From NCBI GenBank assembly GCA_019057475.1, contig DXJO01000023.1, positions 1-10,105 on the forward strand: DNA of 10,105 bases, in the 5' to 3' direction. The notes beneath the pieces are model-generated. The model worked only from the letters and a program-made list of their open reading frames with translations, did not search any database and was not told where the DNA came from. The stretch is from Candidatus Thorarchaeota archaeon. Its GTDB lineage: Archaea > Asgardarchaeota > Thorarchaeia > Thorarchaeales > Thorarchaeaceae. Both the position numbers and the translations under genes were made by a program. This document shows, in pieces, positions 8,143 to 10,105 of this stretch (its first letter is position 1; every line of letters begins with the position of its first letter).

Positions 8143-8403
8143 TTAGCACATGCTGGAATGGATTGAGATTCTTCTCCATACTTGCTTCCTTTTGATGGTG
8201 GAAATGCTGATTCTCCAACCCTCAGCACTATTCCATAAACTATGATTGTCAACTGCTTTATTCTTTCGCGTTCTCCTGCAATATATTATAGTAGCGACAA
8301 TTAGTCCAATTGTTCCCACTATTCCAAAGAGAATACCACCAGTAAAATCAACTGGCGGCGCTGCTTGCAACAGTACTAAAACTTGCTTTATTTTATCAAA
8401 CAT
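8143..8403 (-). CDS. Small single-pass membrane protein (3' part possibly degraded)
   Basis: GGGAGG lies upstream of ATG 8403 (MFDKIKQ...). Transmembrane segment GILFGIVGTIGLIVATIIY is followed by a basic stop-transfer stretch RRTRKNK. Confidence 0.55.
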   Translation of the reverse strand: MFDKIKQVLVLLQAAPPVDFTGGILFGIVGTIGLIVATIIYCRRTRKNKAVDNHSLWNSAEGWRISISTIKRKQVWRRISIHSSMC

Positions 8404-8503
8404 TCCCATTCCTCCCTGCCATAACGAGTGGGTCATTTGGTTTTGTCATAATATTTCGCAAAGAAACTGTTTTTGTAGATATAAAAATGGCACTCTCTGA
8501 AGT

Positions 8504-8522
8504 GTTGAGTTTGAAAAATAGA
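8504..8522 (+). repeat. 19-bp direct repeat, copy 1 (GTTGAGTTTGAAAAATAGA)
   Basis: Exact match to 9386-9404; preceded by ACTC at 8492-8495. Confidence 0.95.
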
Positions 8523-8680
8523 GATTTGATAATTGGTGCGTTTTAGTTTAAAGCGTTATAGATAGAGAGAAAGTTGAGTAAGCCAATAGCAGGACTACGA
8601 CAAAGGGAGTTCTTAGAAAAAAGTAAGAGTTTGGACAAAAAAGAACCTATAGATTTGTTTCTTTGTCACACGAGCATGGA

Positions 8681-8723
8681 CAGAAGTTTAAAGAGATAAA
8701 ACCGGTAACATGGTTTAGGTGAT
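8681..8723 (+). promoter_or_regulatory. BRE-TATA promoter and ribosome-binding site for the 8727 gene
   Basis: CAGAAG-TTTAAA at 8681-8692 and AGGTGAT at 8717-8723, just before GTG 8727. Confidence 0.5.
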
Positions 8724-8726
8724 AAC

Positions 8727-9101
8727 GTGCAGGTAAATTTTTGGAACCCACTCACGTTTTTAGCAGTGTGTCTTGGCTTCTTTGTCCTCTTCACTACGTT
8801 CATGTATTCAAAGGGGCTGTTGTGGTTCCAGCATGCCGATGCGGCTGGAACTGATAATTGGCTCGCCACATTTTACGCAAAGGATTTAGCAACAGGAAGC
8901 TGGTGTCGTCGATTTGTTGTGCCGGTTTCTGCATTGTTCTTGCTACTCTCAATACTTAATTCAGTTGTGATGAATTTACTTGAGCTCTCGTCGTTCCAGC
9001 GTCTTATCTTTCTCATGTTCTATTTTCCATCCATTTTTGTTATTGGAATCTTCTTTTTCGTGATGCTAGCGAGGATTAATAGACATGTGCTGGAAACATG
9101 A
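8727..9101 (+). CDS. Hypothetical membrane protein, 124 aa, about three transmembrane helices
   Basis: Three hydrophobic stretches (LTFLAVCLGFFVLFTTFM; FVVPVSALFLLLSILNSVVM; LIFLMFYFPSIFVIGIFFFVMLA) with an upstream promoter and RBS. Confidence 0.7.
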   Translation: MQVNFWNPLTFLAVCLGFFVLFTTFMYSKGLLWFQHADAAGTDNWLATFYAKDLATGSWCRRFVVPVSALFLLLSILNSVVMNLLELSSFQRLIFLMFYFPSIFVIGIFFFVMLARINRHVLET

Positions 9102-9144
9102 ACAACCCAATCCGTGACAAGCGGGAACATCAAAAGAGAAAGGG

Positions 9145-9390
9145 TTCTTGGGTTCGCCAATAGATTCTGTTGTGTTTAATGGATATTCTGACGGTCAAAC
9201 AGAAGAAGTCATATTAGTGGAGATCAAGACGGGAAAACCCAGACTGAGCAAACGCGAACGAGACATTAAGAAAGTAGTTGAAAAGGGTAAGGTCAGTTTC
9301 ATTGAAGTCAACATAGATGAAGGCTTTACCATCACTTCTGAGTTTGTAGAGGACAAGTTTACTGAAGACGAGGACTCATTGCGGCGTTGA
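9145..9390 (+). pseudogene. Holliday junction resolvase-like PD-(D/E)xK endonuclease (Endonuc_Holl type), C-terminal fragment
   Basis: FLGSPIDSVVFNG...ILVEIKTGK.RLS.RE..IK..VE.GKV is the characteristic core of this family. An in-frame TGA at 9115 means the usual N-terminal part is absent. Confidence 0.75.
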
Positions 9391-9404
9391 GTTTGAAAAA
9401 TAGA
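9386..9404 (+). repeat. 19-bp direct repeat, copy 2 (GTTGAGTTTGAAAAATAGA)
   Basis: Exact match to 8504-8522; preceded by ACTC at 9374-9377. It lies 18 bp from the integrase stop and supplies the nuclease ORF's TGA. Confidence 0.95.
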
Positions 9405-9422
9405 ATAAGGTAGGGATTGATC

Positions 9423-10103
9423 CTACCCAAACATCTTCTTGATTCTGTCACGTTCTTCATCTGGGAAAAGTGGTTCAATAGGTTCTTCATCAATACCATA
9501 CAGCCTGCTGAAGAAGTCCTTAACTGATTTGTTGGTGAGATGGGCGTATTTCGTTATTGTATCTGAAGTTTCAGACCAACCCATGAACTTCTTGATGATA
9601 CTCTCAGGAACTCCTAGTTCAATGAGATAAGTAGCCTTGGTATGTCTGAAGATGTGGATTGTTCTAGCACGCTTCCTGACTCCAGCCCTCTGGAAGATGT
9701 CCACGATTTTATCAAGCACTACACGATATGAGATTGGTCTGTCAAGATATCGACTACTGTTGAATACAGGACCACTTAGACGGATTACCAAGTGATACTG
9801 GAAACTTGGTAGATTATCTTTGAGTAATGGGATTTGACGAGACCCGGTCTTACCAATGACGTCCACGTAGAGGAAGTTATCATCTGTGGTAATATCTTCA
9901 ACATTGAGACTAAGTACCTCACCAATTCTACAACCTGACTCAACTAGCAATTCTATCATTGCACGTTCATACAAATCATTGCAGGCTCTCAACAATGCAG
10001 CAATTTCATTAGGAGTCAAGAGGTCACGTCGTCTAATAGCTGAAACTTCTTTGGGTCTTGGAATAGGTTCAATCAACTCAGGACAACCTATCTCTTTGCA
10101 AAT
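9423..10103 (-). CDS. Tyrosine recombinase/integrase (5' end outside window)
   Basis: Complete catalytic set: SGCRIGE (R), GKTG (K), HIFRH (H-x-x-R), MGWS (W at the H/W position) and KYAH (Y). The frame stays open to the window edge (ICKEIGCPELIEP...). Confidence 0.95.
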   Translation of the reverse strand: MCKEIGCPELIEPIPRPKEVSAIRRRDLLTPNEIAALLRACNDLYERAMIELLVESGCRIGEVLSLNVEDITTDDNFLYVDVIGKTGSRQIPLLKDNLPSFQYHLVIRLSGPVFNSSRYLDRPISYRVVLDKIVDIFQRAGVRKRARTIHIFRHTKATYLIELGVPESIIKKFMGWSETSDTITKYAHLTNKSVKDFFSRLYGIDEEPIEPLFPDEERDRIKKMFG

Positions 10104-10105
10104 GA

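Larger units (their letters stand above)
7300..10105. mobile_element. Integrase-associated accessory island (left boundary approximate, right boundary beyond window)
   Basis: Drop in GC, short orphan ORFs, two disrupted genes, direct repeats and a tyrosine recombinase. Confidence 0.6.

Noticed and set aside
8573-8645. Partial repeat-like words GTTGAGT and GAGTTTGGACAAAAAAGA
   Set aside because: Short or degenerate, and neither has the upstream ACTC arm at the conserved distance.
8545-8650. Hydrophobic minus-strand peptide (…TPFVVVLLLAYSTFSLSITL*) as a gene remnant
   Set aside because: No convincing start, and T-rich DNA yields hydrophobic translations by chance.
8504-9404. The direct repeats as a CRISPR array or IS target-site duplication
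   Set aside because: Only two copies, 882 bp apart, with no cas genes; no transposase or terminal inverted repeats lie between them.
8246-9630. ORFs 8246-8500(+), 8666-8869(-) and 9439-9630(+)
   Set aside because: Antisense to better-supported ORFs that have ribosome-binding sites or family motifs.

Overview
Archaeal chromosomal window. The proteasome-assembly chaperone, PCNA-type motif and BRE/TATA-like promoters support Archaea; an Asgard/Thorarchaeota-like origin is my impression only. Bases 1-7237 are a densely packed housekeeping block (55% GC in one sampled 60-nt line). It holds the 3' part of a Gfo/Idh/MocA oxidoreductase, a phytoene-desaturase-family flavoprotein, a stand-alone 2-oxoacid:ferredoxin oxidoreductase gamma subunit, a PAC2-family chaperone ending in an HbYX motif, a class I/II aminotransferase, glutamine synthetase, a small PH-like hypothetical protein and a DUF72 protein ending in a PIP-box-like peptide. 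From about 7300 to the end the DNA is more AT-rich (32-37% GC in two sampled lines) and looks like an accessory, partly decayed island. It carries small membrane proteins, a DUF2299-like gene split by one in-frame TAA (its hidden C-terminus also ends in HbYX), a 5'-truncated Holliday-junction-resolvase-like PD-(D/E)xK nuclease and a tyrosine recombinase running off the right edge. The most notable unexplained structure is a perfect 19-bp direct repeat (8504-8522, 9386-9404). Each copy sits in the same ACTC-N11-GAGT inverted-arm geometry, one copy lies 18 bp past the integrase stop, and together they bracket an 882-bp promoter + membrane protein + nuclease unit. These are candidate recombination sites of a cassette-accumulating or tandem-integrating system.
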